Shown one piece after another: positions 39,496 through 57,095 of a stretch of DNA of 64,000 nucleotides. The stretch covers positions 744,001-808,000 of the forward strand of contig NW_026782196.1 of assembly GCF_031769215.1 (NCBI RefSeq). Reading direction: 5' to 3'. The stretch's first letter is position 1. Each line of letters starts with the position of its first letter. The notes below the pieces were generated by a model. That model searched no databases. It had not been told where the DNA came from and saw nothing but the letters and a program-made list of their open reading frames with translations. The stretch comes from Ylistrum balloti. Lineage: Eukaryota. The position numbers and the translations under genes are program-made.

Positions 39496-39882
39496 ATCAT
39501 CCATGGACTGAAGCCTGGCATATAACTTTACTAGTCCTCACTGGACATAACTACAATTAAATGGAAATTCTCCTTTATGTACTTCCAAAACCACCTATTA
39601 TACACTATGTTCTAAATTCATCCCTAATCAAATTACATATTTACAATTACTTCTCTACTCTGTTAATGATTATGCATAAATACAGCACAGGACACCTTAA
39701 TATACCAATGTGGCCCACATTACAGGCATGAAAACACATCACTAGACTAATGACACTAATATCATACTGACATTTGACGCTATACACAACATCAACTGAC
39801 GTATAATAATCCTAGAATACCACAAAATATCTGTAACTTCCACATAAAACACTGTATATTGCATAAAAGCTAATAATAGCAC

Positions 39883-39919
<37 letters not shown>

Positions 39920-40909
39920 ATATATGGTAACTTCACCGTGTCCAGAAAACATATAAAAACTAAAAAAAACTGGAAAATACGATCTTTTACAGCTCAATGT
40001 GTTTTCCAGTTTTTTTAAGTTTATATGAATAACTATCCAAACAACCTGTGGCTTTTTATCTACACAGCAGCTTCCAAACGTATACAAATGATATTTACAA
40101 ATGGGTTTACATGTACAGTATTCACTGCAAGCTGTAGTTTGCATGGAAATGTCCAATATACAGGTATTTGCAGTAGTTGATGCTACACATATGCTCCTTT
40201 GGTTACCGTACAAGATCATGTTTCTCCGTGTATTCCCCGCTCAGATATCAACATCTGGCGCAAGCAGTTCCTGCGTGTGAAATATAAATATGGGCAAGTA
40301 ATAGTATGTTACAGTCTGTGACTTTATAGTGAAAACTGTGTTGTTGGTACATGTAGTTTGATCTGTTGTAAAAGTTATTCAAAAGTGCTCTTCTGGTACC
40401 AGAGTGTTTGCATAGACAAAAGATTTAATTCAATATTAACACATATCCTGCTAACTTTACCTAGTCTGAACGTGAAATATTCATTATCAGATGAAAGCAT
40501 GATACAGATAGTTTTCATATTAATCAAGATTACACAATTCTCCGTCACCCAGCCACTTGATCTCTTTAAAAACATTTTTAGAGATGGTTAAACGAAACTC
40601 TTTCTTCACTGGAGTATTGGTACATGGACCATACCATTATATTTCATAACATATTTTTGAAGAGCTACATGATACTATGGGGTCTGGCATCTAGGAGCTG
40701 AAGTCTGTCAGAGTGCCCAAGTGGGAATGTCTAAGCTTTTTGAAAAAGAGCACAGAAGATAATAGCATCCCGATGGTTAGATTTAGCTTAGCATTAAGGA
40801 CTATTTAAACAGGAAATTTAAAGGGGCTTCCAATATATTATAGACTTATCTGGATTCACATAGGTTCTCATCCTCTTCCTTCCTGTTTTTGACTGGTCTT
40901 CTTCTGTGA

Positions 40910-42825
40910 TGTATACCACATGTACAAGTCTTCTTCTGTGATGTACACCATGTGTACAAGTCCTCTATGTCTGTATATCACCACGTGTACAAGTCCTATG
41001 TCTATACATCACCATGTGTACAAGTCCTCTGTGTCTATATATCACCATGTGTACAAGTCCTCTGTCTGTATATCACCATGTGTACAAGTCCTCTATGTCT
41101 GTATATCACCACGTGTACAAGTCCTATGTCTATACATCACCATGTGTACAAGTCCTATGTCTATATATCACCATGTGTACAAGTCCTCTGTGTCTATATA
41201 TCACCATGTGTACAAGTCCTCTGTGTCTATATATCACCATGTTTACAAGTCCTCTATGTCTGTATATCACCACGTGTACAAGTCCTATGTCTATATATCA
41301 CCATGTGTACAAGTCCTATGTCTATATATCACCATGTGTACAAGTCCTCTGTGTCTATATATCACCATGTGTACAAGTCCTCTGTGTCTATATATCACCA
41401 TGTGTACAAGCCCTTTGTGTCTATATATCACCATGTGTACAAGTCCTCTGTGTCTATATATCACCATGTGTACAAGTCCTCTGTGTCTATATCACCATGT
41501 GTACAAGTCCTCTATGTCTGTATATCATCATGTGTACAAGTCCTCTGTATCTGTATATCACCATGTTTACAATTCCTTTGTGTCTATATATCACCATGTG
41601 TACAAGTCCTCTGTGTCTATATATCACCATGTGTACAAGTCCTCTGTGACTGTATATCACCATGTGTACACGTCCTCTGTCTGTATATCACCATGTGTAC
41701 AAGTCCTCTATGTCTGTATATCACCATGTTTAGTCCTCTTTGTCTATATATCACCATGTGTACAAGTCCTCTGTGTCTATATACCACCATGTGTACAAGT
41801 CCTCTGTCTGTATATCACCATGTGTTCAAGTCCTCTATGTCTGTATATCACCATGTGTACAAGTCCTCTGTATCTGTATATCACCATGTGTACAAGTCCA
41901 CTGTGTCTATATATCACCATGTGTACAATTCCTCTGTGTCTATATATCACCATGTGTACAAGTCCTCTGTGTCTATATATCACCATGTGTACAAGTCCTC
42001 TGTGTCTATATATCACCATGAGTACAAGTCCTCTGTGTCTATATCACCATGTGTACAAGTCCTCTATGTCTGTATATCACCATGTTTACAAGTCCACTGT
42101 GTCTATATATCACCATGTGTACAATTCCTTTGTGTCTATATATCACCATGTGTACAAGTCCTCTGTGTCTATATATCACCATGTGTACAAGTCCTCTGTG
42201 ACTGTATATCACCATGTGTACACGTCCTCTGTCTGTATATCACCATGTTTAGTCCTCTGTGTCTATATATCACCATGTGTACAAGTCCTCTGTGTCTATA
42301 TATCACCATGTGTACAAGTCCTCTGTCTGTATATCACCATGTATTCAAGTCCTCTATGTCTGCATATCACCATGTGTACAAGTCCTCTGTATCTGTATAT
42401 CACCATGTTTACAAGTCCACTGTGTCTATATATCACCATGTGTACAATTCCTCTGTGTCTATATATCACCATGTGTACAAGTCCTCTGTGTCTATATATC
42501 ACCATGTGTACAAGTCCTCTGTCTGTATATCACCATGTGTAAAAGTCCTCTATGTCTGTATATCACCATGTTTAGTCCTGTGTCTATATATCACCATGTG
42601 TACAAGTCCTCTGTGTCTATATATCACCATGTGTACAAGTCCTCTGTCTGTATATCACCATGCTTACAAGTCCTCTGTGTCTATATATCACCATGTTTAC
42701 AAGTCCTCTGTGTCTATATATCACCATGTTTACATGTCCTCTGTGTCTATATATCACCATGTGTACAAGTCCTCTGTGTCTATATATCACCATGTGTACA
42801 AGTCCTGTGTGTGTAGATATCACCA
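40910..42825. repeat. ~31-35-bp minisatellite (core 33 bp), about 58 copies, with higher-order duplication
   Basis: Unit ATCACCATGTGTACAAGTCCTCTGTGTCTATAT plus length variants; source of the spurious 540- and 625-aa ORFs. Confidence 0.96.
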
Positions 42826-43711
42826 GTGAACAACCAACAGAGCTTCTCACTAGTAAGCTGGAGGTTTCTGGTTTTAGGCACACTAATTGTTTTCATGTTG
42901 CCATAGCATTGTTAACAATAAGCTCCCAATTGTTCAAATGCTGGTTAAAGAGTGGTTGGTGAAAATTTTTGCAACATTGATCAATAGATATTGGGAATAT
43001 TCTCTTTCGTTTCACAGTTGTAGATTTGATTAGACAGGTCAGATTTATATATTTCAAGTGGTAGCTTTCCTTTTGTTTATTTATTACCAACAATTCAGAT
43101 TTTTTCATTACCAGCTGATTAACTAACCTTTCAGCAAAATATTTCAGTTTGACAATCTGAAATAGATCAACCAATTAGAGACTCAGTTTCTGTAACCGTG
43201 GCAACAATTTGTAAAAAATCAAGACCTAAAGACACAACACCAGAGCTTGCTTCTGTTAAATGTAAAGTTTAGTTATATTAGCCTACAAGTATCTGAGTAG
43301 TTGTCTGTGCAAACATTGATATATTATTTGACAAAGCCCGATAGCTCCATAAGAAAATATCAGAATGAAAAAATTACACTCAAAGAGTGTAGAACAACTG
43401 ATCTATATGCAATAATTAAGATATATGTGAAGTTTCATTGAAAACTGACTAAGAGAGTAGGAAAATTCTTAGGTTAAGTTCTGTCAACAGATAGACTGAA
43501 AGACAGACAAGCTGATATCAGTATAACTCCCCATCCTAACTACATTACAAGGGTATGACAATATGTTAGTTGTCGGTATTTTACAAATATTCTATAATTA
43601 CAACAGATCACATAGCATATGTTTGATACCAGTAACCAACCATGTAGTTCTCTATAACAAAAAGGTGAAAGAAATAAGCTATTCAACAACATTATATTTA
43701 TTGATAAAAAA

Positions 43712-47238
<3,527 letters not shown>

Positions 47239-47239
47239 G

Positions 47240-47730
47240 ACGTTTGCAAAAGGTACTAGTATCCGCAACAGATGGAGGAAATCGCTCTGCACCGGTATAC
47301 TTCACGTGTTTTCACCAGTTATTTACCCGGAAGTTAGTGTTTGTTCTACTTCCGTTTTTTATACTCTAGAAAGCAAAACATTTTAGTTTCACAATAATTA
47401 ATTGTTACAGTTCATGATATGACAAGGTACTAAAAGTTAATACATATATGATTTTCATGTAAATAAAAATGATAAAAGTCTTGATTGATGTAATTGTCTA
47501 ACTCATTTGCTCTTTCGACCGATGCAGTAATTTAAGTTAGAGAGTAAGGATGTGACATGTCACCAACCACAACTTTCCGCTTGGTCCTGACTAGGGTTGT
47601 TTGATACAACAGCATGCTCCGAAGGTAACAATATTAATTATCGACTTATAGATAAAATTGACCGCGTGCGTCAGTTAATTCTAACCGATTGTCGTCGAAG
47701 AAAATAGTACATAACCATTTTAATCACATT
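47240..47730. promoter_or_regulatory. Probable bidirectional promoter, METTL1 (-) / MFSD5 (+)
   Basis: Divergent orientation; ETS/GABP-type CCGGAAGT at 47327-47334 and CTTCCG near 47349; local CpG enrichment; MFSD5 5'UTR acceptor TTATAG near 48287. Confidence 0.55.
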
Positions 47731-48380
47731 TGCTAGTATTAGCACGGATGCATGTTTCTGAGGGATTTAAGGGAGGGTGCTTGACCACAGACAGGGCATG
47801 TAGCCCAAGACTCCCAACAAGACCCAGTTACCAAAGACATCAAATTTTCAAAATCTCAATATCAGCCTCCTCTTCCCTAGACATCAAAATTGTTGTGTTG
47901 TCAAGACTGTTGACATACAACATTGTAGCTACAATTACTTATATACCGACTACTGTTTTTTTTATTAGATATATTGTAAAAGTAACGGGTCGGTGTGGCA
48001 TGTACAAAGTGTTTGATACGGTCGCTGTCACTCAGTTGACAGTTGACAATTTGCTGTTAGCTAAAACTGAACCTACTCAGTCTGATATATATACACACAG
48101 ATACCTACACAAACTCAGTTACTCATAATCCTTAATTTTTAACATCTTTCTGTTCAAAACCCAAATAAATATATGCATATGCTTTTATGACATTTCAAAT
48201 TGAAGAAATGGTTTTCACTTGAAGCCATTACTTTAGTAGCTAAATTTATGTCTGATCTGTACTTATTGTTTTTATATTACTTATAGGTTGCAATTTGTAT
48301 GGTCAAAAGGCGAGCAATACATCTCCTGAATCAGCTATTTTTTAAAGATCTGAAGAAGGGGATATTACCAGAATTAAAAG

Positions 48381-49739
48381 ATGATTGCTATAACCTACAT
48401 CACCTTTGTGGTAATGCTATGTCTTTGTGGAGCATTTCAGTTTTTGGCATACCAAAGAAGGAAAGACTTCTCGGAGGGAAACAATCCACAGTTCCTAAAA
48501 TTCCAGCATGGCTATTTTGCGGCATACCTTATGGCTGTGTTTGCTGATTGGTTGCAGGGCCCTTACTTGTACAAGCTATATTCATATTATGGGTACCAAG
48601 AGGCACAGATAGCAACTCTATATGCAGTGGGATTTGCTTCAACCATAATTCTTGGTACATGGACTCCAATCGCTGCAGATCAATTCGGACGCAAGAAACT
48701 GTGTCTGCTATTCACAGTCCTGTATTCCATTTCCTGTCTGATGAAACTATCCACTGGGTATGGTATTTTATTGATAGGAAGAATTGTCGGTGGAATTGCT
48801 ACCTCTGTGTTGTTTTCTGCTTTTGAAGCCTGGTACATTCACGAACATTTAGAAACTCATGACTTTCCAAAAGAATGGATTTCAGTCACATTTGCCAAAG
48901 CTTCTACATGGAATGGTGTTCTGGCGGTATTAGCTGGAGTGTCTTCCAATTTGGTGTCAGAAGGATTTGGATTAGGGCCAGTCGCTCCCTATATGCTTGC
49001 CATTCCATTTCTCATTTTCTCTGGTATAATGGTGTCCACACACTGGACAGAAAATTACAGTGTTAATAAAATTAAATTCAAAAAATTATGTGGTGAAGGC
49101 TTTAAGATGATAGTGACAAAGGAAGAAATTTTCATGTTGGGAGCTATTGAGGCTCTGTTTGAAAGTGTGATCTACATTGTGATCTTCCTGTGGACACCTA
49201 TATTGCAGTCTGGTAATCCTTCTCTTGGAATTGTGTTTTCAAGTTTTATGGCTAGCATATTAGTAGGGCAAGGATTTTTCTCAGTAGTATCAACTTCAAG
49301 ACGTTTCCAACCTTCTGCTTTACTCATGGTATCTATAGTAATGGCAGTGATCGCAAACCTTCTGCTTATTATATCCACACACCCTGAGAAGAGGGATGCA
49401 TCACTCTCGTTCTCTGCTTTGACTTTATTTGAGGTTGCAGTAGGAATATATTTTCCAGCAATGGGATACCTGCGGAGTCGTATTATTCCAGATTCCCATC
49501 GTTGGGGAGTGATCAATTGGTTCCGTGTGCCTATAAATCTGATCGCTTGTGTGATATTGATGCTACTACATGAAGATATTTTTCAGCATGGCAACAGAAT
49601 GATCTTTGTCCTCTGCCTTTTCCTTCTCCTTCTTGCTGTTGCAAGTGGAGCTAGATTTCTCAAGGTCACCAAAGACGATGACCGGTTGAAACAGGAAGCA
49701 GCATGGCTTGAGAGTGACCACATACACAACATCTTCTGA
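48381..49739 (+). CDS. MFSD5: Molybdate-anion transporter (MFS family), single coding exon, 452 aa
   Basis: NPQFLKFQ..YFAAYLMAVFADWLQGPYLYKLYSYYG; LIGRIVGGIATSVLFSAFEAWYIHEH; LFESVIYIVIFLWTP; GIYFPAMGYLRSRIIP; INWFRVPIN; many TM helices. Confidence 0.95.
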   Translation: MIAITYITFVVMLCLCGAFQFLAYQRRKDFSEGNNPQFLKFQHGYFAAYLMAVFADWLQGPYLYKLYSYYGYQEAQIATLYAVGFASTIILGTWTPIAADQFGRKKLCLLFTVLYSISCLMKLSTGYGILLIGRIVGGIATSVLFSAFEAWYIHEHLETHDFPKEWISVTFAKASTWNGVLAVLAGVSSNLVSEGFGLGPVAPYMLAIPFLIFSGIMVSTHWTENYSVNKIKFKKLCGEGFKMIVTKEEIFMLGAIEALFESVIYIVIFLWTPILQSGNPSLGIVFSSFMASILVGQGFFSVVSTSRRFQPSALLMVSIVMAVIANLLLIISTHPEKRDASLSFSALTLFEVAVGIYFPAMGYLRSRIIPDSHRWGVINWFRVPINLIACVILMLLHEDIFQHGNRMIFVLCLFLLLLAVASGARFLKVTKDDDRLKQEAAWLESDHIHNIF

Positions 49740-50524
49740 TTCTAACTAGATATGTGATATGGATGGAAATTTGTAGATGGCAAATAGAAGATAACAGGGG
49801 TGTGCAATTCAATTCTTGAGTACAGATTTTGAGATTCGAATGAGTGCTTAATTTTTTCAGCCCTGTTTAAAAGGAACTAGCCATAGCATCGGCTGCTGGA
49901 ATTGTTCTCTCCTGACACCATGTATTAATATGATAAATCTATATATATTTACATATCTGTTTTGCTACTGCTAATGGTAGCTTAAAATAAAGTTGTTGTG
50001 TATGTATGTATGTATGGTGACCTTTTCATAGTTCATACGAAAAGGTACAAAAATGGCATTGTATTTCAGGTGATGTACAGATGTTTGACATTTGGGTAGT
50101 CACCAAACAATCATTATTTGAACAAGAAAAACTGATGTGTAAATGTGTATGGAATAATAACACAAGTGCTGAATAATTATATGGATGTATGTGCACATCT
50201 AATGTATTTATTAAAATCTTATTTTAAATTTTGTGTTTCTTTTTTTCTCTCTCATACCTGTAGCAAGGTCTTTGTTATTTACTTAATATTGAAGTGTAAA
50301 TATATACGGTACCTGGCAAATCCAGTGCTGCTGAACATCTTACTACTAATAAGTAAATCTCCCTCAATGATAATGATAGTCCTGGATGATTTTGATGGTA
50401 GATTTTTGAAAAGTATTCAACGCTGTGTCTTGGAATTTCATAGAAAAGTTGAATCGTTCTGAGAATTTTCCACTTTTGCAAGAATATTTTAAAGTGCTTT
50501 AACATGTTACAACATCTTGTCATC

Positions 50525-51600
50525 AAGACGACCAAGTAGCCCCTTATATCTTTATTCTATGTGCTGCAGTTTTAGCAATTCATTTAAGAAAAAATAGTGG
50601 TATAAATGTAATTAGGACAGAAAATTTTGAGATTCTGACATCCCAGTATGCAGATGACTCTTTTCTGTCTTTAGATGGATCAGACATGTCACTCTGTGAA
50701 ACTTTAAGAGAATCGCATATTTTTGAAAATGTATCTGGTTTAAAAATGAACGTAGAAAAAGCGAAAATGATTTGGATTGGAAGCATGAAATATATAGTAA
50801 TGATACCATGCTTCCAGAATTTTAATCTTAATTACAAAAAGGATCATTATTGATGAAATGCTTTTGGCATAATAAAGATGTAACTGATGCAGGTAAACCT
50901 AATTCTTACAAATCATGGTATAGATTAGGAAAACATACGATTGCGGTTCTCCTAAGGGATTCAGATAGTATTTCTTTCTTTACATTTGAAGAACTTTCAC
51001 AAAAATATCACTTGCATTCAAATTTTCTTCAGGTCATAATATCTACAGTTTGCAAATGTCTGCCGGACGGTTTACCTCAAAGTATCCTAGTTATTCATCC
51101 GCTCCTACCTCAGAATATACAGACTTTTCTACACAGTTACAATGATCCATAATTCTTTTACAAAAAAAAACATTTTTAACAAAACAGATACTGTAGCCAC
51201 TGGTCAATTAAAATGGCAAAAACAGATTTTATTTGCTGAAGGGGAATGGTATAAAATACACAAAATTCCACATAGAGGAACGAAAAATACTAAACTTTAA
51301 TGGCTTCAATAATGCATATCTCGTCATATCCTTACCACAAACTCCAAGTTATTCAAATTTGTTATAGTAGTTAATCTAATGTGCACTTTCCTATTTGGGT
51401 TTACAAGTAATATCAATAATAATAAGGTTGATAATACAGTAATTCTTATCATTAAACATTACATTTATAGAACCAGATGTCTATACAAATCTCTAAATAT
51501 AAATCCATTGGCCAGTAGCATGAAAGAATATTACAACATACAGAAGTATCTATCAAATGCTCAAAACTTTCTTACATTTAGCTAGGTAAAGTGTGGATAC
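50525..51600 (+). mobile_element. Degenerate L1/Tx1-clade LINE, 3' part of ORF2
   Basis: Manual translation: SPYIFILCAAVLAIHLRKNSGI...EILTSQYADDSFLSLDGS...FENVSGLKMNVEKAKMIWIGS (YADD at 50647-50658); later KLxWLQ...HILTTNSKLFK; many stops and frameshifts. Confidence 0.75.
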
Positions 51601-52859
51601 TTTCAGATTGCTAAGGTTAAAATCACCAATCAATGACAGCTCTTTGTTAGCCATTGCCGTCTCCTCTAAGTGAGCTCTTGATGGATTTTGATCAAATATT
51701 GCATTACGAGGAAAAATGGAACACCACCGAAGAGTTTGTTTTTGCAAGAATCAATATAATTTCTTCATTGTTATTGATCTATCATCAACTTAGCATCCTG
51801 AAGAGTAAAAGTCATAAGCAATCCTTGATTTTAAGGGAAAAAATGGTCAGTGTTGGCCTCTTGGGCTTTATGAGCCTTCTTTGTCAGTAGGAAAGATTGG
51901 ATTTTCTCCCAATTTGATCTGAAGCATTCCTGGGTTTAGGGAGATCAATTTGTATAAAGGGTAGGTCTTGGCCTCCTGGAGCAGGAGAGGTAGGGTCAAA
52001 TAGGGTAAAAATAGAAAAAAGTTAATTAAAATCCTTCTTTTTCTTTAGAAATGCCTGCATTCTGTCCCAATTTGGTCATAGCGTCCAGGATTCTGTCCCA
52101 ATTTGGTCATAGCATCCTTGGGTGTTGACTGGGTCAGGGTGGTATTGTTAACATAGACTGAGAGTTTTTAAGTGATGTTTTTAATGGATGCTTAGTAGTG
52201 CTATTTAACAAAGTCACAGTAGTAGTGTTGTTCATTTAAGTCAGGGTGAAAGTGTTATACAGAGTTAGAAAGGTGGTGTTAATTGAGTCAAAGTGGAGGT
52301 TTTACAGAGTTGGGGTCAGCAGGCGTTGTTAATTGAATCCGTGTGGTGGTAATTAGAGTTGGATTTGTGGTGTCAATTGAGTCTGAGTTGTGGAGTTAGT
52401 AGAGTCAAAAGTAGCAACGTTTACAGTCACAGTGATGGTGTTGATCTGAAGTTTTGATTGTAATCTATTGGATTTGTTATTCTAACTGGTTCATGCATGC
52501 ATTTGGTATTAACAGTTCTATACAACTACAGTAATGTCCACCCCTTGGTAGTGGACCTGTTGCTGAAAGATTTCCAAACAGTGTATATTGCTCTTTTTGA
52601 TGTGTATTTTGTCCTCATTAAGTTAATGTGAACAATTTACAAAATAAGGTCTATGCACCATACCAGTAGATTTTACCCCCAGCTTTGGTATAACCTGTCT
52701 GGAGATTCCATAGTAACCATTCGGAATAGAACCACACCCACCTGCAAGCATGCTTCTGCATGTGTAGATGTACAAATATACCCTGTTATACATTTTTAGT
52801 CCACCATCATTAGATGGTGGGCTATTCAAATTGCCCTACGTCCATGTCCATCTGTCTAT

Positions 52860-53830
52860 AAACAATTTTTGTTATCGCTATTTCTTTAGAAGTATTGGAT
52901 GGATCAAATTTCAGATGTAGGTTCCCCTTGGTTCCTAGTTGTGCCCGTTTGATTTTGGGACCGGTCAGAAAAACAAAATGACATTTTAGGTATTATCAAC
53001 GAGGTTTGGTATCCTTGTATCCTAAAAAGAACTCCATGGATCTCTCCTAAATTTCCCATGTAGGTTCCTCTTTGTCCCTAGTTGTGCCCATTTAATTTTG
53101 AGGCTGATCAGAAAAAACAATGGCCGATAGGCATCTGTCCTGGATTTTGGCTTTGCAAGTTTGTTATCACTATTTCTGAAGAAGTACTGGATGGATATCT
53201 CTCAAACTTCGTATTTAGGTTCCCCTTTGTCCCTAATTGTGCCCATTTAATTTTGGGACTGATCAGAAAAAACGAAATAGCCGACAGGTGGCCATACTTG
53301 ATTTTGACTTTGCAAGTTTGTTATCATCGTTTCTTTAGAAGTTCTTGACAAGTCTTTCTTGAATTTCATATGTATGTTTCCCTTGATCCCTAGTTGTTTG
53401 ATTTTGGTAATGATCAGAAAAACAAAATGGCCTCCAGGAGGTCGTCTTGGATATGACTTTGAAAGTTCATTATCATGATCGCTGGAGAAATACTGCATAA
53501 ATCTTTTTCAAATTTCATTAGTATGTTCCTCTTGGTCCCTTTTTGTACCTGGATGGGTTTGGGACTGATCAGAAAAACAAAATGGCAGACTGGCAGCCAT
53601 CTTGGATTTCACCTATTAAAGATTGTTGTCTTTTAAATTTCATACGTATGTTCCCTTTGGTCTCTACTTGTTCATGTTTGATTTTGGTCAGTGGAAACAA
53701 AATGGCTTCCAGGCACCCATTTTGGATTGGGCAGGTAAAGATTATCATTGCTATTTCTACAAAGGAATGTTCAAATTTCTTATCATTTAGAGCAAAAACT
53801 GAGAAGAGAAGGGAATAGATCCAACTTTCA
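52860..53830 (-). mobile_element. Non-autonomous dispersed repeat (copy 3, reverse orientation, more subunits)
   Basis: Reverse complement of the 27.5 and 31.4 kb modules (TTTTGGGACTGATCAGAAAAACAAAATGGC...CTTGGATTTTGACTTTG). Confidence 0.65.
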
Positions 53831-56800
53831 AAGAGCATATAACAATCAAACAATGGTTGTCACCAAGATCTCTCTGGGATTACTTGTTTTTCTAATCCCT
53901 TCAGTCACATATTTATCATCTGATGGATAACTACATATTTCACTTCCAAGAATGTACAACAAATGACAAAATGTTAGTTTCTTTAACTTAATATTTATTC
54001 CATACAGAAAAGTATTTGAAATATTGCTGACAGGACAAACTCTAGCTGATATAGGTACAAAGGCAGTGTTTGTAATAATGAACTTCTGCTCAAACTTGTA
54101 AATCATTTCACTTCTAGGATAAAGTTAATATATTCATAACTCAATTTTCATCATGAATATTCATGAATTGATTTCCTACAAATCTAACAGTTCTACAGTC
54201 ACTATGACCATTCATCATTTGAACAAAGAAACTCTGGAATATGTACCGCTAAAATTGAAGTGACTTACAGAAACAGCACAAGCTTTTTCTACTATATAAA
54301 CCAACAAATAATTTAGGAGGTTACAATAACATCAAAGAAAACATGATTCATGTAAATGCTACACGTACCAAAACAACAACTCCATACAGACAACTTAATC
54401 ACATAATGGATACTAGCATGATTTCTCATATACAAGGACTAACAACCAAACAAAGCCAGTAAAGGGAGGTAATCTGGAAATAACATTCTCTACTCATAAC
54501 AAACCATTTGTATTGTTAAATAACATTTGAAATATCTGCTGAAAAAGGTAAATGATTATATGTTCACTAATGAGTACCAAGTACGAAGCTTGTGGCAAAC
54601 TTAGCCGAGGGAAAGAGTTGAAAATAATTTTTTGAATTTTACTCATCAGTCCAATGTATTGGGTTCTTTGAGTTCTTTTCACAGTAGCAGATTTTTAGAT
54701 AAAATATTAATAGATTAAAAAAAGCTGAAAACTTTAACATTACAGACATTATCAGTAACCTGTGAAACAAAACTATCCTTATATTTTAAAAGTGTACAAC
54801 TTTGACAAGTGACAGATTATCACATGCAAGTTTGTGTATGGAGAAATTCCTTTGTACAATTTGATAATACAGTGACATATACTTGACACCTTGCAGCAAT
54901 GAAATCAAGATCAATATGCTATCACGAAAATTGCTTTTTCAATGGAGTTTTTTTTACATCTACTTTTATTTTTTTTTTGCCATTTTCTATGAGTAGATTA
55001 ACGCCAAAAGCATTGAATAAAACTGGACACATTTAAAAGCTTATAATTAAATTTCAGATTTTTGGAAACCTTTAAAATAGGAAGATCTCTGATTATGAAT
55101 ACCGCTAAATGCTCAAATGCTGTTGAATATATGGGTTACTTCTGTCAGAATACAAGCAGTGGAGTTATATCACCTTTACTCTTTCTATATCAAATCTTAC
55201 TGATATAGCACATACAGAATGTAAACCACCCACAATGTTCAATTCATTTTCTCCAACAACAAGTTATAGTCACAAATACATCATTACACAGATCCAAAGA
55301 CAATCAGCTGTTAAGACTTTTATTTTCTTCAAAATTCCCACAGAACACACACACCCAACGTTTGTCAGAACTAGGTACTGGAGATTTTGAATGAGGAAAA
55401 ATACTTATACAAGTTCAGATCTGTAAACTAGAAAACAAAAAAAACTTGACCTTCACAATAATTCATACATCACATTCAAATACAAAGTACTTTAAAAACC
55501 TCCCACCTACATATGTAATTAATAAATGGTATAGGATCTACAGACGTTAAAACTCCAAATATTGTAAATATATACCTTCTCCTTAGAGTCAGATAAAATA
55601 AAAGATTCTGAATATTCATTAAGATTTCTATAATCTAAAGCTTCAATTCAACACTGAAGATTAATCCTACTTATATTTTGTAACATCTAAGGCATAATAT
55701 TGGGGTAGAAATTGGTTTTACAAATTTAGTAACCATTCATCATGAATATAAATGATGCAATTTCCACTGACACAAATTAAACAGTTCAAGCTCAGGAACA
55801 AACTCGCATAACAATATTTTTTCACATATACATGATTTGCAGAACCATCTGGGCACAGTAACCCTCAGACTAATGGGCACAGTAACCCTCAGACTAAGTG
55901 GAGTGTTTGGTATCTTAACATGGGGAGACAGATCTAGACCCATTGTGTACATCATTACGTAGAGTCAGAGATCGTAGGTTACAGACAAATACATGGGTAG
56001 GTTAAGCTATATTATCTGTAAATATTTCAAGAACAGCAGTATTTATCTTCTGGTTATTTCATCTTAAGTATCATTACCATAGAATGATAAATGAAGTTAA
56101 AGACATGTACAAAATGTTTGATAATGGAACATCAAACTCCGCACATCCAATTTTACACACAACATCACTGATAAAAAAAATTATCGCACAATTACAGAGA
56201 TCTTTCTTATATATAATGGAAGGTGTGTTTGTAGACTGATGCACATCTACGAAATATTTTTGTCATAAAGTTTCTAATTGTTAGCTTTATGAAGGTATAA
56301 ATCCATCAGATCATATCACTGTTTTTTAAATCTAAATTGACATCTTTGGTACCACCTAAAACAGGAGTTATTGTCCATAGATGTTTGAGGATTCTGTGAC
56401 AAGAGATTCATTTACCTTAACACACTGCAGGAAAGGCACCGACAAAATTTATAGCCAATTTTAATGAAAGCTACAGATCCAACAGGCTTCTAGTGTCTTA
56501 ATGGTTTAAATACTGGGTAGAAACCAGGTTCATCTTCCATCTATTTCTCATATGGCACCTGATGAACGAATCTCATCAGGTGCTCCAAGACATAGCCTGA
56601 TGTTCATTAGTAACGACACACAAATACAACCAGTTTATAATAATATGGAAGTACATAATGTTACAATTGTAATTAAAGTTTATATAATTAAACTGACTGA
56701 CACTGAGAGCTTCAGGTTTTGATTGATTCTGACGGACCCTACAAATCCAATTCTCTACCCTCAATATATATATAATATACACAAAAAATGTTAAAATCCT

Positions 56801-57095
56801 AGTTTGAAGTTGAGAAAAAGTAGTTCTTTTATGTGTATAATATATATATACATATATATATATATTCATGTCAAGAACAAACTGAAAATGCTACTACCCT
56901 CATTGGAGACATTCCACAGATAACTTTACAATCCCTGACTTTGACCTTGACAGGACCTTGACCTGCTGCACATACTAACAATAAAAGCGTTTATCAGTTA
57001 CTGCTGCATATTCATGAAATAAAACAGATCTGTCTCTGTCCCTCATGGCCCCTGTAACCCCATCTAATCCAGTTTTCAGCTTCAACCTTTGTCCT

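Noticed and set aside
37730-40300. Possible minus-strand exons with donor-like ends near 37738 and 40207
   Set aside because: No recognisable protein similarity or in-phase partner; they could be UTR or lncRNA exons but cannot be supported without transcripts.
40920-42829. Long ORFs of 540, 625, 211 and 185 aa
   Set aside because: All lie within a ~33-bp minisatellite, overlap in several frames, and switch peptide phase wherever unit length changes.
47730-48128. 132-aa ORF between METTL1 and MFSD5
   Set aside because: No recognisable motif; lies in the probable MFSD5 5'UTR intron.
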